Source: Brachymonas sp.
Lineage (GTDB): Bacteria; Pseudomonadota; Gammaproteobacteria; Burkholderiales; Burkholderiaceae_C
Reading direction: 5' to 3'
NCBI GenBank assembly: GCA_017993135.1
Contig: JAGONG010000003.1
Location: 1-63,058 of the forward strand
Length of the DNA: 63,058 bases
The notes beneath the pieces were generated by a model. That model was not told where the DNA came from, ran no database searches, and saw only the letters and a program-made list of their open reading frames with translations. This document shows, piece after piece, positions 22,865 to 32,250 of this stretch; positions within the stretch are counted from its first letter, which is position 1; each line of letters begins with the position of its first letter. The position numbers and the translations under genes were made by a program.

Positions 22865-25057
22865 ATGTTTAAACAACAATTTCGGGCTTTGTTGCGCGTG
22901 CTTTTAAAAGCGCTTTTCAGGGTGCAGGTGCAGGGCGATGCCGCCAGTTTTAGCAACCCGCGCACCTTGATTGTTGCCAACCACGAGTCGTTTATTGATG
23001 GCTTGCTGATTGGCTTGCTTATGCCAGTCGATGCGGTGTTTGTGGTGCACACACAAATTGCCGCGCGGCCGCTGTTTGCGTTTTCTTTGCGTTTTGTCAG
23101 GCATTTGGTGGTGGACTCCAATAGCCCGCTGGCTATCAAGCAAATCGTCAAGCTGGTGGAAACGGGGCAGCCCGTGGTGATTTTTCCTGAAGGGCGCATT
23201 ACCAAAACGGGTGCGCTGATGAAGGTTTACGATGGCGCGGCTTTTGTGGCGGCCAAAACTGGCGCAACCATTGTGCCTGTGCGCATTGATGGCGCAGCGC
23301 GTAGCTATTTTGGGCGGCTTGCAGGTATTTATCCGCGCAAATTGCTGCCGCGTGTGGGCATCGCCATCCAGCCCCGCCGCAGCATTGCCATGCCTGACTT
23401 GCCCACGGCCAGACTGCGCCGCCGTCGCGCGGGTGAACTGATGCGCGATATTTTGCTCGACATGCTGGTTGCCACCGAGCCAAAGCGCACGTTATACGGG
23501 GCTTTTCTTGAAGGCAAACGCTGCTTTGGCAGAAACTACAAGCTGGCTGAAGATGTGCTCATGCGTGAGGAATCTTACGGCTCTTTGCTCAAAACCTCGC
23601 TGGCTTTAATGCGCCTGCTTTCGCGCATGACGGCTGCTGATGACGTAGTAGGCGTGCTTGCGCCCAATGCGGCTTCCACCCTGAGCCTGATTCTGGCGCT
23701 TTCGGCCAAGCGGCGTGTGCCAGCCATGCTTAACTACACCGCTGGCGTTGATGGCCTGCGCTCGGCTTGCACTGCAGCAGGCATACGCACCATTGTGGCT
23801 TCGCGCACTTTTGTAGAAAAAGCGCGGCTGCAAGGCGTGGTGGCGCAGTTGCTAGAAGAATCGGGCAATAGCATCACCATTTACTACCTTGAAGACTTCA
23901 AAGCCATGCTGGGCTTGGGCGACAAGCTATGGGTGCTGTGGCACAGTGTTTTTGCCAGCCAAGCCGCTGTGGCGCAAAGCCCTGACGATGCGTGCATTGT
24001 GCTGTTTACATCAGGCTCGGAGGGCAAGCCCAAAGGCGTGGTGCATTCGCATGCTTCGCTGCTGGCAAACGTGGCGCAGATTCGCGCAGTGGCAGACTTC
24101 ACCCCGCTTGACAAAATCATGATGGCGCTGCCGCTGTTTCACTCATTCGGGCTAACCTGTGGCGTGCTGCTGCCGCTGGTTTCGGGCTGCAAGGTTTTTC
24201 TCTACCCCAGCCCGCTGCATTACCGCATCATTCCAGAGCTGGTGTATGACCGCGATTGCACGGTGATTTTTGGCACATCTACCTTTTTGGGCAACTACGG
24301 CAAACACGCCCACCCCTATGACTTTGGCCGCTTGCGCTATGCCGTAGCGGGGGCAGAAAAGCTCTCGGAAGAAGTGCGCAAACTGTGGATTGAAAAATTT
24401 GGCATTCGCATTCTTGAAGGCTACGGCATTACCGAGTGTGCGCCTGTGGTGGCTGTGAATGTGCCCATGGCCTGCCGCATTGGCAGCGTGGGCAGGTTGC
24501 TGCCGTGTATTGACTATCGGCTTGAAGCTGTGCCTGGCATTGCGCAGGGCGGCGTGCTGCATGTGAAAGGCCCCAATGTGATGAAGGGCTACTTTCTGTT
24601 TGATGCGCCTGGGGTATTGCAGCCTGTTACGGCGCAGCAAGGCGGCTGGTATAACACGGGCGATATGGTTGAGCGCGATGAAGATGGCTTTATCCATATA
24701 CGCGGGCGGCTCAAGCGGTTTGCCAAAATTGCGGGCGAAATGGTGTCGCTCGAAGTGGTTGAAAAAATCGCCACCACCGCTGCGCCAGACTTTGCCCATG
24801 CAGCCGCCACGCGGCGTGATGCAGCCAAAGGCGAAGCACTGGTGTTGTTTACCACCGCGCCCGCACTACAGCGCGAGCAGTTGCTGGCTGCCGCACGCGC
24901 TGTTGGTGCGCCCGAGCTGGCTGTGCCGCGTGTGATGCTAACCATAGAGGCAATACCACTGCTAGGCTCTGGCAAGACCGACTATGTGCGCCTGCAAAGC
25001 ATGGCTGAAAATGCCAGCAGCCATGCACCCAATACATCTGATGTGGCTAGCGTATAA
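22865..25057 (+). CDS. aas: Bifunctional 2-acyl-GPE acyltransferase / acyl-ACP synthetase
   Basis: NHESFID and FPEGRIT acyltransferase motifs; FTSGSEGKPKG, GYGITE and TGD AMP-binding motifs. Confidence 0.92.
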   Translation: MFKQQFRALLRVLLKALFRVQVQGDAASFSNPRTLIVANHESFIDGLLIGLLMPVDAVFVVHTQIAARPLFAFSLRFVRHLVVDSNSPLAIKQIVKLVETGQPVVIFPEGRITKTGALMKVYDGAAFVAAKTGATIVPVRIDGAARSYFGRLAGIYPRKLLPRVGIAIQPRRSIAMPDLPTARLRRRRAGELMRDILLDMLVATEPKRTLYGAFLEGKRCFGRNYKLAEDVLMREESYGSLLKTSLALMRLLSRMTAADDVVGVLAPNAASTLSLILALSAKRRVPAMLNYTAGVDGLRSACTAAGIRTIVASRTFVEKARLQGVVAQLLEESGNSITIYYLEDFKAMLGLGDKLWVLWHSVFASQAAVAQSPDDACIVLFTSGSEGKPKGVVHSHASLLANVAQIRAVADFTPLDKIMMALPLFHSFGLTCGVLLPLVSGCKVFLYPSPLHYRIIPELVYDRDCTVIFGTSTFLGNYGKHAHPYDFGRLRYAVAGAEKLSEEVRKLWIEKFGIRILEGYGITECAPVVAVNVPMACRIGSVGRLLPCIDYRLEAVPGIAQGGVLHVKGPNVMKGYFLFDAPGVLQPVTAQQGGWYNTGDMVERDEDGFIHIRGRLKRFAKIAGEMVSLEVVEKIATTAAPDFAHAAATRRDAAKGEALVLFTTAPALQREQLLAAARAVGAPELAVPRVMLTIEAIPLLGSGKTDYVRLQSMAENASSHAPNTSDVASV

Positions 25058-25069
25058 GGAGCTGGTGCT

Positions 25070-27031
25070 ATGAGTTCGCAATTTTCACTTTTGGGCAAAC
25101 GGCGCTTTGGCCCGTTTTTTATCACGCAGTTTTTGGGCGCGTTTAACGACAATCTTTTTAAAAACGCGCTGGTGGTTTTGCTCACTTTCCAGACTGCGCA
25201 ATGGTCATCGCTCCAGCCCGAGCTGTTGGCCAATCTGGCTGCGGGCATTTTCATGCTGCCTTTTTTCCTGTTTTCAGCCACAGCGGGGCAACTGGCTGAC
25301 AAGTTTGACAAGGCGCGCATAGCACGTTTGGTCAAGCTGCTTGAAATTGCCATCATGCTGCTGGCAGGCATAGGTTTTTATTGGCACAGCCTGCCTGTGC
25401 TGTTAACTAGCCTGTTTTTCATGGGGCTGCATTCAACCCTGTTTGGCCCAGTCAAATACGCCATATTGCCGCAACACCTGCAAACGGCTGAACTGGTAGG
25501 CGGCAATGCGCTGGTTGAGGCAGGCACGTTTGTGGCTATTTTGCTGGGCACACTGGCAGGCGGCTTGCTTACAGGCGTGCCAAACGGGGTGATGTGGGTT
25601 ACTGGCGCTTGCTTGCTTACTGCCGTGCTGGGCTATGTGGGCAGCCGCGCCATACCTGCTGCGCCCGCGCCTGAGCCAGATTTGCGCATCAACCCCAACC
25701 CGATTACAGAGACTTGGCACAACATCGGCTTTGCCCGCGAAAACCGCACCGTGTTTTTGTCGATACTGGGCATTTCGTGGTTTTGGCTGTTTGGTGCGCT
25801 GCTGCTGGCGCAGTTTCCAGCCTATGCCAAAAACGTGCTGGGTGGTACAGAAACCAGCATCACCTTGCTGCTGGGCGTGTTTACCTTTGGGGTGGGCATA
25901 GGTTCACTGCTGTGCGAGCGCCTTTCGGCCAGTCAGGTAGAAATCGGGCTGGTGCCGTTTGGCTCTATAGGCTTGACTGTTTTCGGGCTGGATTTGGCCT
26001 TTGCCTCGCCCGCCGTGCCGCCTGCTGCGCCTTTGGGGCTGCTGGCGCTGCTGCTGGCAGACGGCACATGGCGCGTGCTGCTTGATTTGTTTGGCATAGG
26101 CTTGTTTGGCGGCTTTTTTATTGTGCCGCTGTATGCGCTGATGCAGATACGCTCCAGCACCAGCCACCGCGCCCGCATTATTGCAGCCAACAACATCGTC
26201 AATGCCTTGTTTATGGTCGTGGGCGCTTTGGCAGCAGCGGGGCTGCTGGCTATGGGCATGCGCATTGCGCACCTGTTTGCGCTGGCAGCACTGTGCAATG
26301 CAGCCGTGGCTATTTACATCTTCCGTTTGGTGCCAGAGTTTTTACTGCGCTTTGTGATTTGGATGCTGGTTAATCTGGTCTATCGCCTGCACAAGCGGCA
26401 AATGGAGCACATACCCGAAGAAGGTGCGGCATTGCTGGTGTGCAACCACACCAGTTATGTAGATGCGCTGGTGGTTGCGGCTGCCTGCCGCCGCCCCATC
26501 CATTTTGTATTGGATGCGCGTTTTTTCCGCAACCCCGTGCTTGCGCTGGCCTTTAAAGCAGGGCAGGCCATACCTGCGGATTTTTCCAGCAGCGCAGATT
26601 GCTCTGGCAATGCAGATGGTTTGGCTAATGCAACTAGCCCGCAGCCGCCAACCTATGCCGCAATTGCAGCCGCGCTGGTCAGGGGCGAGCTGGTGCTGGT
26701 CTTTCCCGAAGAGGGCGCGGCGGCCAGCAGCAAGTTGCGCGAGTTTCAGCCATGGATTAGCCGTATTCTTGCCAGCAACCCCGTGCCTGTGATACCGCTG
26801 GCATTGCGCGGGCTGGAGGGTAGCGCCTTTGCCGCGCGCCACAGCAGCGAAGATGGCGAACGCGGCGAAGGTGGCGCTGGCTGCAAAGACAGCCAAGGCA
26901 ACTCGCTTGGCCAGCGTTTGCTGCGCGTGCGCCTGTTTCGCAAAATCGAGCTTGCCGCAGGTGCGCCCATTGCGCCAGCCGAGGCGCAACCCGAGCGGCT
27001 CCAGCAAGAAGTAGCCAGGTTGATTACGTAA
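25070..27031 (+). CDS. LplT-like MFS transporter fused to a PlsC-type acyltransferase domain
   Basis: TQFLGAFNDNLFK, FGPVKYAILP, RARIIAANN; C-terminal NHTSYVD. Confidence 0.88.
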   Translation: MSSQFSLLGKRRFGPFFITQFLGAFNDNLFKNALVVLLTFQTAQWSSLQPELLANLAAGIFMLPFFLFSATAGQLADKFDKARIARLVKLLEIAIMLLAGIGFYWHSLPVLLTSLFFMGLHSTLFGPVKYAILPQHLQTAELVGGNALVEAGTFVAILLGTLAGGLLTGVPNGVMWVTGACLLTAVLGYVGSRAIPAAPAPEPDLRINPNPITETWHNIGFARENRTVFLSILGISWFWLFGALLLAQFPAYAKNVLGGTETSITLLLGVFTFGVGIGSLLCERLSASQVEIGLVPFGSIGLTVFGLDLAFASPAVPPAAPLGLLALLLADGTWRVLLDLFGIGLFGGFFIVPLYALMQIRSSTSHRARIIAANNIVNALFMVVGALAAAGLLAMGMRIAHLFALAALCNAAVAIYIFRLVPEFLLRFVIWMLVNLVYRLHKRQMEHIPEEGAALLVCNHTSYVDALVVAAACRRPIHFVLDARFFRNPVLALAFKAGQAIPADFSSSADCSGNADGLANATSPQPPTYAAIAAALVRGELVLVFPEEGAAASSKLREFQPWISRILASNPVPVIPLALRGLEGSAFAARHSSEDGERGEGGAGCKDSQGNSLGQRLLRVRLFRKIELAAGAPIAPAEAQPERLQQEVARLIT

Positions 27032-27106
27032 TGCATAGGGCAAGAAATAGGGCAACGGCTCAAAATCCAGAAATGTGCTCTTGCCTAAGCCGATAAAACA
27101 AGCTAA

Positions 27107-27170
27107 GGAGGCGCTGATTTACTCTTAATACGGCAGTTTTATCTAAAACTGGAACAAATCAGCTATTTCC
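27107..27170. mobile_element. MITE-like element, short form
   Basis: Imperfect terminal inverted repeats GGAGGCGCTGATTT / AAATCAGCTATTTCC, flanks CTAA/TCAA, inner hairpin cagtttta-tc-taaaactg; ends shared with 58489-58650. Confidence 0.55.
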
Positions 27171-27190
27171 TCAAGCCCAATGCAAAGCAA

Positions 27191-27222
27191 AAAAAACAGC
27201 CATCAAAAGATGGCTGTTTTTT
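27191..27222. terminator. Bidirectional rho-independent terminator
   Basis: aaaaaacagccatc-aaaa-gatggctgtttttt between convergent genes. Confidence 0.85.
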
Positions 27223-27270
27223 AGACAGAATTGCCTTTAATTACTTTAAACAAAGTTAAGCCAAAGGTAA

Positions 27271-27510
27271 TTAAGCGGCTTTGCTCTGCTTTATTTCAGT
27301 TCTTGCTTGAGAAATTATCTCTTGGTCTGGCAGTTTTTTCTGTGCCAGTGTGAGTAAAACTGCGGTTGTTGCAGCCATGCCAGGCATACTTTCTGCCATC
27401 TGCAAGCACTGGTTAACAACGGCTTCTTGGTTAAAGCCCCCAAAAAGAGCATCATCAACCACCCGTTTCAGGAGTTCAACGCCAGTTACTTCGGTTTTTT
27501 GAGAGGTCAT
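27271..27510 (-). CDS. Small hypothetical protein (79 aa)
   Basis: AGGAAGGA RBS, own terminator, globular helical composition, AT-rich upstream region. Confidence 0.65.
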   Translation of the reverse strand: MTSQKTEVTGVELLKRVVDDALFGGFNQEAVVNQCLQMAESMPGMAATTAVLLTLAQKKLPDQEIISQARTEIKQSKAA

Positions 27511-27690
27511 CTTGTCCTTCCTATCGATAAAAAAACCGATTGTACTATGAAATTATAAAAACATCTTATAAGGTAACAAGGTTTGCTGCGGCTGCCTGAT
27601 TAAACATGATTTTTCAACCGCTTTGGGGCTGCCGTGCTGGTGTAATCGGCATGCAAAAGAGCAGCCACGCACAAAAAGCCTGCAATCAGA

Positions 27691-27754
27691 GCAAGCAGTG
27701 TTTATGCGCCCTGCGGCACGAAAAAGCTTTGCAGGGCGCATGAATGCTGCTTGT
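27691..27754. repeat. 64-bp imperfect palindrome, copy 2
   Basis: caagcagtgtttatgcgccctgc...gcagggcgcatgaatgctgcttg; stem extends to about 27661-27768. Confidence 0.75.
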
Positions 27755-27813
27755 GGCTTTTGTGCTGCTGGTGGGCGTGTTTTGTCAGCACGGCTTATTT
27801 GCTTTGGCTGGGG

Positions 27814-28845
27814 TTACCCCTCCGATTCGCTGGCCTCGCTGGAGGGCAAATCAGCAGGCAAGGGCTGCTGCAAAGCGCTGGTGATGTAGTCTTCGGGCAG
27901 GTGGTAGAGGGCTGCCAGCTCTGCAGTGGTGCTGCCTGCGGCGTGGGCGGCGTGCAGGGCTTGCAGCCAGCCAGCCAAGCCGCTGCTGAGGGATTTACCT
28001 GCTTTTTCGCCCGCGTGGGCACTTTTTTCACCTGTTACGCTGTATTTGTTGGCGTAGCCGCGTGGGGTTACCATCAGGCCGTTTTGCACATAGGTGTTGC
28101 TGTTGCCGATGAGTACGGTGCTTAACATGCCGATGTCGTGGTTGGTCATTTCTGCCAATGTGGTGAGCACTATGTGCTGGCGGCTGCGGTAGGCGCTTTT
28201 GATGATGGCAACAGGGGTATCTGGGCTGCGGTGGCGCAAAAACAGTTGCTGTGCTTGCACGATGTGCTGGGTACGGCGGCCGCTTTTTGGATTATACAGG
28301 GCTGCTACAAAATCGGCGCTGGCCGCTGCGTGCAGGCGGCGGGCGATGACGGGCCAAGGGGTGAGCAGGTCTGACAGGGAGATGGCGCAAAAGTCGTGCG
28401 TAAGCGGTGCGCCAACGAGCGCGGCGCAGGCGTTGAGTGCCGATGTGCCAGGGATGATTTCTACTTCCACGCTGCCAGCGGGGAGGCTGCCGCAGGGCAG
28501 GGGTTCGGGCGGGGTCCAGCCCGCTTGAAAGAGCACTTCAAAAGTGGGCCCCGCCATGCCGTAGATGCCCGCATCGCCCGATGAGATGAGGGCTACTTTT
28601 TTGCCTTCGCGGGCGCGCTCGAGGGCTTCAATGGCGCGGTCGAGCTCCTCAGTCATGCTTTTGCGGATGACTTCTTTGCCTTCGAGCAGGTCGGCAACGA
28701 GTTTGATGTAGGTGACGTAGCCGATAACGGTGTCTGCCTCGGCAATGGCGGCGCGGGCGCGTTCGGTCATGTGTTGCAGGCTGCCTGGGCCTATGCCTAC
28801 GAGTGAGATTTTGCCGCTGCTGGTGTTTGTGTTGCTTGTTTGCAT
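27814..28845 (-). CDS. cobJ: Precorrin-3B C17-methyltransferase (CobJ/CbiH)
   Basis: LVGIGPG, ISSGDAGIYGM, HDFCAISLSDLLTPW, YNPKS, MVTPRGY; start ATG 28845. Confidence 0.95.
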   Translation of the reverse strand: MQTSNTNTSSGKISLVGIGPGSLQHMTERARAAIAEADTVIGYVTYIKLVADLLEGKEVIRKSMTEELDRAIEALERAREGKKVALISSGDAGIYGMAGPTFEVLFQAGWTPPEPLPCGSLPAGSVEVEIIPGTSALNACAALVGAPLTHDFCAISLSDLLTPWPVIARRLHAAASADFVAALYNPKSGRRTQHIVQAQQLFLRHRSPDTPVAIIKSAYRSRQHIVLTTLAEMTNHDIGMLSTVLIGNSNTYVQNGLMVTPRGYANKYSVTGEKSAHAGEKAGKSLSSGLAGWLQALHAAHAAGSTTAELAALYHLPEDYITSALQQPLPADLPSSEASESEG

Positions 28846-28897
28846 GGTGTTGTTTTGCTGGGATTTGATGATTGTTTGCGCTGCTTGATGTGCTGCT

Positions 28898-30217
28898 TTA
28901 AAGAGCAATTTCAGCGATGGATACGGTGGCGTTGCGCCCGTCTGCGCCGCGCAGTTTGTGTTTTTCAAGGCGCAGTGCGGTGATGGGGGCGGGTGTGCCA
29001 GTGTCAGTGGCGGCGTGCCCTGCGGCAAGCAAGGCGGCGGCTTCGCTTACCGACGGCGTGCCAGTGTAGCGTAAGACGGTTGCGCTCGGGTTGGGTACGG
29101 GTACTGCGGCCAGTGCGCGGGCGGGGTAGAACTGGATACGCCAGCCGTGCAGGGCTGCCAGCTCTTGCAGGCAGGTTTCGTCGGCTTTAATGTCAATAGT
29201 GGCAACGGCTGCAACTTGCGGCAGGCTCGCGCCCATGTGCAGCAGGGCTTGGGCGATGGCTTGCTGCATGGTGGCAAGCGATGTGCCACGGTCGCAGCCC
29301 AGCCCCAGTGCGTAGCGGGGCAGGGCGGTGGGGGCGTTGCCGCTGCTGTTGCTGTTGCCGCTGCTGGTGTTGGCGGCGGCGCTGGTTTGGTTGCCGAGCA
29401 AGGGGTTGGGTGCGTTGGCGCTTTGCCCTTGCGGGGGGCGGTATACCACGAGGCGCTCGTGCCACTGCTGCCAGATGGCTTCGGGCACGGGTGCGTGGGT
29501 TATCCAGAGCACGGCGGCGTGGCGGCTCGCGCAGGCTTGGGTGAAGTTTTCGAGCAGGTCGATGGCTGCGGGTAGGGGCGTGGGGCGCGTCCACCAGTGG
29601 CGGCTGCCTGCTTCTTGCACTACGGCTATGCGCTGGCCGCTGGCGGTGGTGGCTGATACCACGGCTGCCGATACGCGGGTGATGTTGATTTTGGGCGCAT
29701 GCACTTGCCAGCCCAGCTCGCGCCCAAGAATATCAACGGCTATGGTTTGGCCTACGTCAGAAGCGGTGGTAACGATGGGCGTAGCGCCCAGCAAGGCGGC
29801 AATGTGTTGGCTGTAGGCATTAGCCCCGCCCACATGCCCCGATAAAACGGGGATAACGTATTGCGCGGCTTCGTCTACAACAAGCACGCCCGGGTCTTGG
29901 TCTTTGTCTTGCAGGTGCGGGGCTATGAGCCGCACCACTGCGCCGAGCGATACGAAAAAGATGATTTGGTCGTATTGCTGCCAAAGGGGGGCGATTTCGT
30001 CTTTGAGTGCGCCTTGGTAGGCGTGTACTGCGTTGGGCAGATGGGCAAAGCTCGCGGCAAATTTGGCCGAGGTGCAAATGCCTGCGCTGGGTAGCAGTTG
30101 CGCCAGCTTGACGGCTTGTGCAGCGCCGTTGCGGGTGATGGCTACGATGCCCACGCGCTCGGTCATGTGTGCGGTTGCGGTTACGGCTGCGCTCGTGGGG
30201 CTGCTCATGCTGCTCAT
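28898..30217 (-). CDS. cbiG: Cobalt-precorrin-5A hydrolase
   Basis: GAVVRLIAP, KD.DPGV, LSGHVGGAN, LGLGCDRG, SVSEAAA. Confidence 0.92.
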   Translation of the reverse strand: MSSMSSPTSAAVTATAHMTERVGIVAITRNGAAQAVKLAQLLPSAGICTSAKFAASFAHLPNAVHAYQGALKDEIAPLWQQYDQIIFFVSLGAVVRLIAPHLQDKDQDPGVLVVDEAAQYVIPVLSGHVGGANAYSQHIAALLGATPIVTTASDVGQTIAVDILGRELGWQVHAPKINITRVSAAVVSATTASGQRIAVVQEAGSRHWWTRPTPLPAAIDLLENFTQACASRHAAVLWITHAPVPEAIWQQWHERLVVYRPPQGQSANAPNPLLGNQTSAAANTSSGNSNSSGNAPTALPRYALGLGCDRGTSLATMQQAIAQALLHMGASLPQVAAVATIDIKADETCLQELAALHGWRIQFYPARALAAVPVPNPSATVLRYTGTPSVSEAAALLAAGHAATDTGTPAPITALRLEKHKLRGADGRNATVSIAEIAL

Positions 30218-31062
30218 GGTGTGGCTGCTGTATGGGTTGAGGTGGGGCTGGTTTTTTTCAGGCAGCCTTTGATGCGTTCACCACGGATACGGTGCGGGTT
30301 TTTTACCACCAGCAGCGAGAGGTAATTCACGCTGCTGCCGCGCAGTGCAAGCAGCTCTTGGCCTGCCAGCAGGCGCTGGTCGGGTGCGCCTACGCGCTCG
30401 ACAAAGACGCTGCCCGCGAGCAAGTCGCGCTGCTGCAACCAGTCGATAAGCTCATCAAGCAGGGGCTTGATTTTCATCAGCACCAGCGTGTCAAAGTCGG
30501 GCAACAGGCGATTTACGGCGGCTACGCCATAGGCTGCGGGGATGATGGCGATGGTGTCGTCTTGCTCGGCCAGCGCCATGCTGGCGTGGGCGGTGGCAGC
30601 GGTAAAGGAATTAACACCAGCCATGTATTGCACGGGCGCGGCTGCATCTAGCGCGGTGATGGTACGAGCCAAGTGGCTGAAGGTGGCGTAGGTGCTGGCA
30701 TCGCCCTCAACCAAAAACAGCACGTCGCGCCCGCTTTGCAGCCAAGGCAGCACGGTGTTGGCGGCTTTTGCCCAAGCCAGAGCCAGTTTGCTGCCATCGT
30801 GCGTCATGGGGAAAAGCAGCTCTTGGTGCTGTGCGGGCGGCTCAAGGCCCGCGCGTTGGGTAATGCCAAAGGCGTAGCTGGGCGTTTTGCCACTGCGCGC
30901 GGGGTAAACCCAAATGGCATCGCGCCGCTGCAATTGCGCCCAGGCTGCGCGGGTGATTAAGCCTGGGTCGCCCGGGCCCAGTGATACGCCTATGAGTGTG
31001 CCGTAGCGGGCGGCTGTGGCGCTGGGGGATGGGGCTGTGCAGTGGTTTGTGGTGGTGCTCAT
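30214..31062 (-). CDS. cobI: Precorrin-2 C20-methyltransferase (CobI/CbiL)
   Basis: GVSLGPGDPGLIT, FPMT, EGDASTYATF, LVLMK, YLSL. Confidence 0.92.
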   Translation of the reverse strand: MSTTTNHCTAPSPSATAARYGTLIGVSLGPGDPGLITRAAWAQLQRRDAIWVYPARSGKTPSYAFGITQRAGLEPPAQHQELLFPMTHDGSKLALAWAKAANTVLPWLQSGRDVLFLVEGDASTYATFSHLARTITALDAAAPVQYMAGVNSFTAATAHASMALAEQDDTIAIIPAAYGVAAVNRLLPDFDTLVLMKIKPLLDELIDWLQQRDLLAGSVFVERVGAPDQRLLAGQELLALRGSSVNYLSLLVVKNPHRIRGERIKGCLKKTSPTSTHTAATP

Positions 31063-31077
31063 GGTGGGAAGGTGTTG

Positions 31078-32250
31078 TTATGGTTGTTTTGGCTGTGACG
31101 GGGCGGGCGCTGCGCTTGCCGCTGCCTTGCTGCTGGCGGCAGTGCGGGCGGCAGAGCTTGCGGGTGTGACTGGGCTGGCACTGGCAGGCTGCACGCTGGT
31201 GCTGGTGCTGGTGCACAGTTTGGGATCAGACGTGGGGCGTGCCAAGCGCAATTGCTCTTGGCGCTCGGGACTGATGGCTTGCCAGCGTATTTGCTGCAGG
31301 GCGTGGATGTTGCGAAGGGTAAGCGCAACGCTGGGGCTGGTGTGCAGATGCAGGGCTTTGGGTGCAAAGTCTGGCGGTAGCTCTATGCTGCCGTCAGCCA
31401 TTTCGATATGCAGTTGCCCGATAGCGATAGATCTGTCTGATGCGATGTCAACGCTGCCCGATTTGAAGTTGTGCCTGTTGATTATGCCAAGCGGCTGATT
31501 GCTGCATTGCTGGTACAGGCTGGGGCTGGTAATGTGCAGGCGCTCTATGCCTAGGCTGTTGTCGATATAGACATGGTTGGCGTAGACGGCAAGCGCGGGC
31601 AGGCGCGTGCTGGGGGACGGTGCTTTGCTGCATGTAGCGCTACAACTTGCGCCAGTGGTGTTGCTGCCAGTCATATTGCCGCTGGCGGGCGTGGGGCAGG
31701 TGGTGGCGTTTGTGTCGGAGTTTGTATCGGCGCTGCTGTCAGCGTTTGTGTCTGCATTGGCTTTGCCTGTATTGGACTCATGTGCGCTTTTGATGTAGAG
31801 CTTGACATCGCCCGCCGTATGAATCTGGCTCACAGAAGCGGGCAGCACGATGCGCTCAATCCACCACTGCGCTGCCTCGTGTTTCTCGGCGTTGCTGTCT
31901 TGCGTCCATGCGGGCGCTTGCAGCACCAGTGTGTTGCCTTGTTGTGTCAGCAAGTCTTGTGCGCTGCTGGGCAAGTTTTTGCCGCGTAGCTCTAAGCGCA
32001 CGGCGGCGTTGGGCGCGTTGGTAAAAGCAATGTCAATGCTGCCCCAGCGGTAGCGGTAGTTGCTTGCGGCGTAGCCTGTTATCTCAAGCCGCTGCACGCT
32101 ACTGGCAGGGGCAAGCTGCAAGGTAGTGCTTTGCATATTATCGTCTGGCTCGGATACGGCTGTGCTTATGCTCAAACTAGCCCAAAAAACCAGCAAAGCC
32201 AAGGCAAACAGCCAAGGGGTTTTGTTGCGCGGTTTGGTGTGCTTGCTCAT
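31078..32250 (-). CDS. Hypothetical membrane-anchored or exported protein
   Basis: N-terminal hydrophobic helix, beta-rich body, Ser/Thr/Ala linkers; ATGA overlap with the permease stop. Confidence 0.7.
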   Translation of the reverse strand: MSKHTKPRNKTPWLFALALLVFWASLSISTAVSEPDDNMQSTTLQLAPASSVQRLEITGYAASNYRYRWGSIDIAFTNAPNAAVRLELRGKNLPSSAQDLLTQQGNTLVLQAPAWTQDSNAEKHEAAQWWIERIVLPASVSQIHTAGDVKLYIKSAHESNTGKANADTNADSSADTNSDTNATTCPTPASGNMTGSNTTGASCSATCSKAPSPSTRLPALAVYANHVYIDNSLGIERLHITSPSLYQQCSNQPLGIINRHNFKSGSVDIASDRSIAIGQLHIEMADGSIELPPDFAPKALHLHTSPSVALTLRNIHALQQIRWQAISPERQEQLRLARPTSDPKLCTSTSTSVQPASASPVTPASSAARTAASSKAAASAAPAPSQPKQP

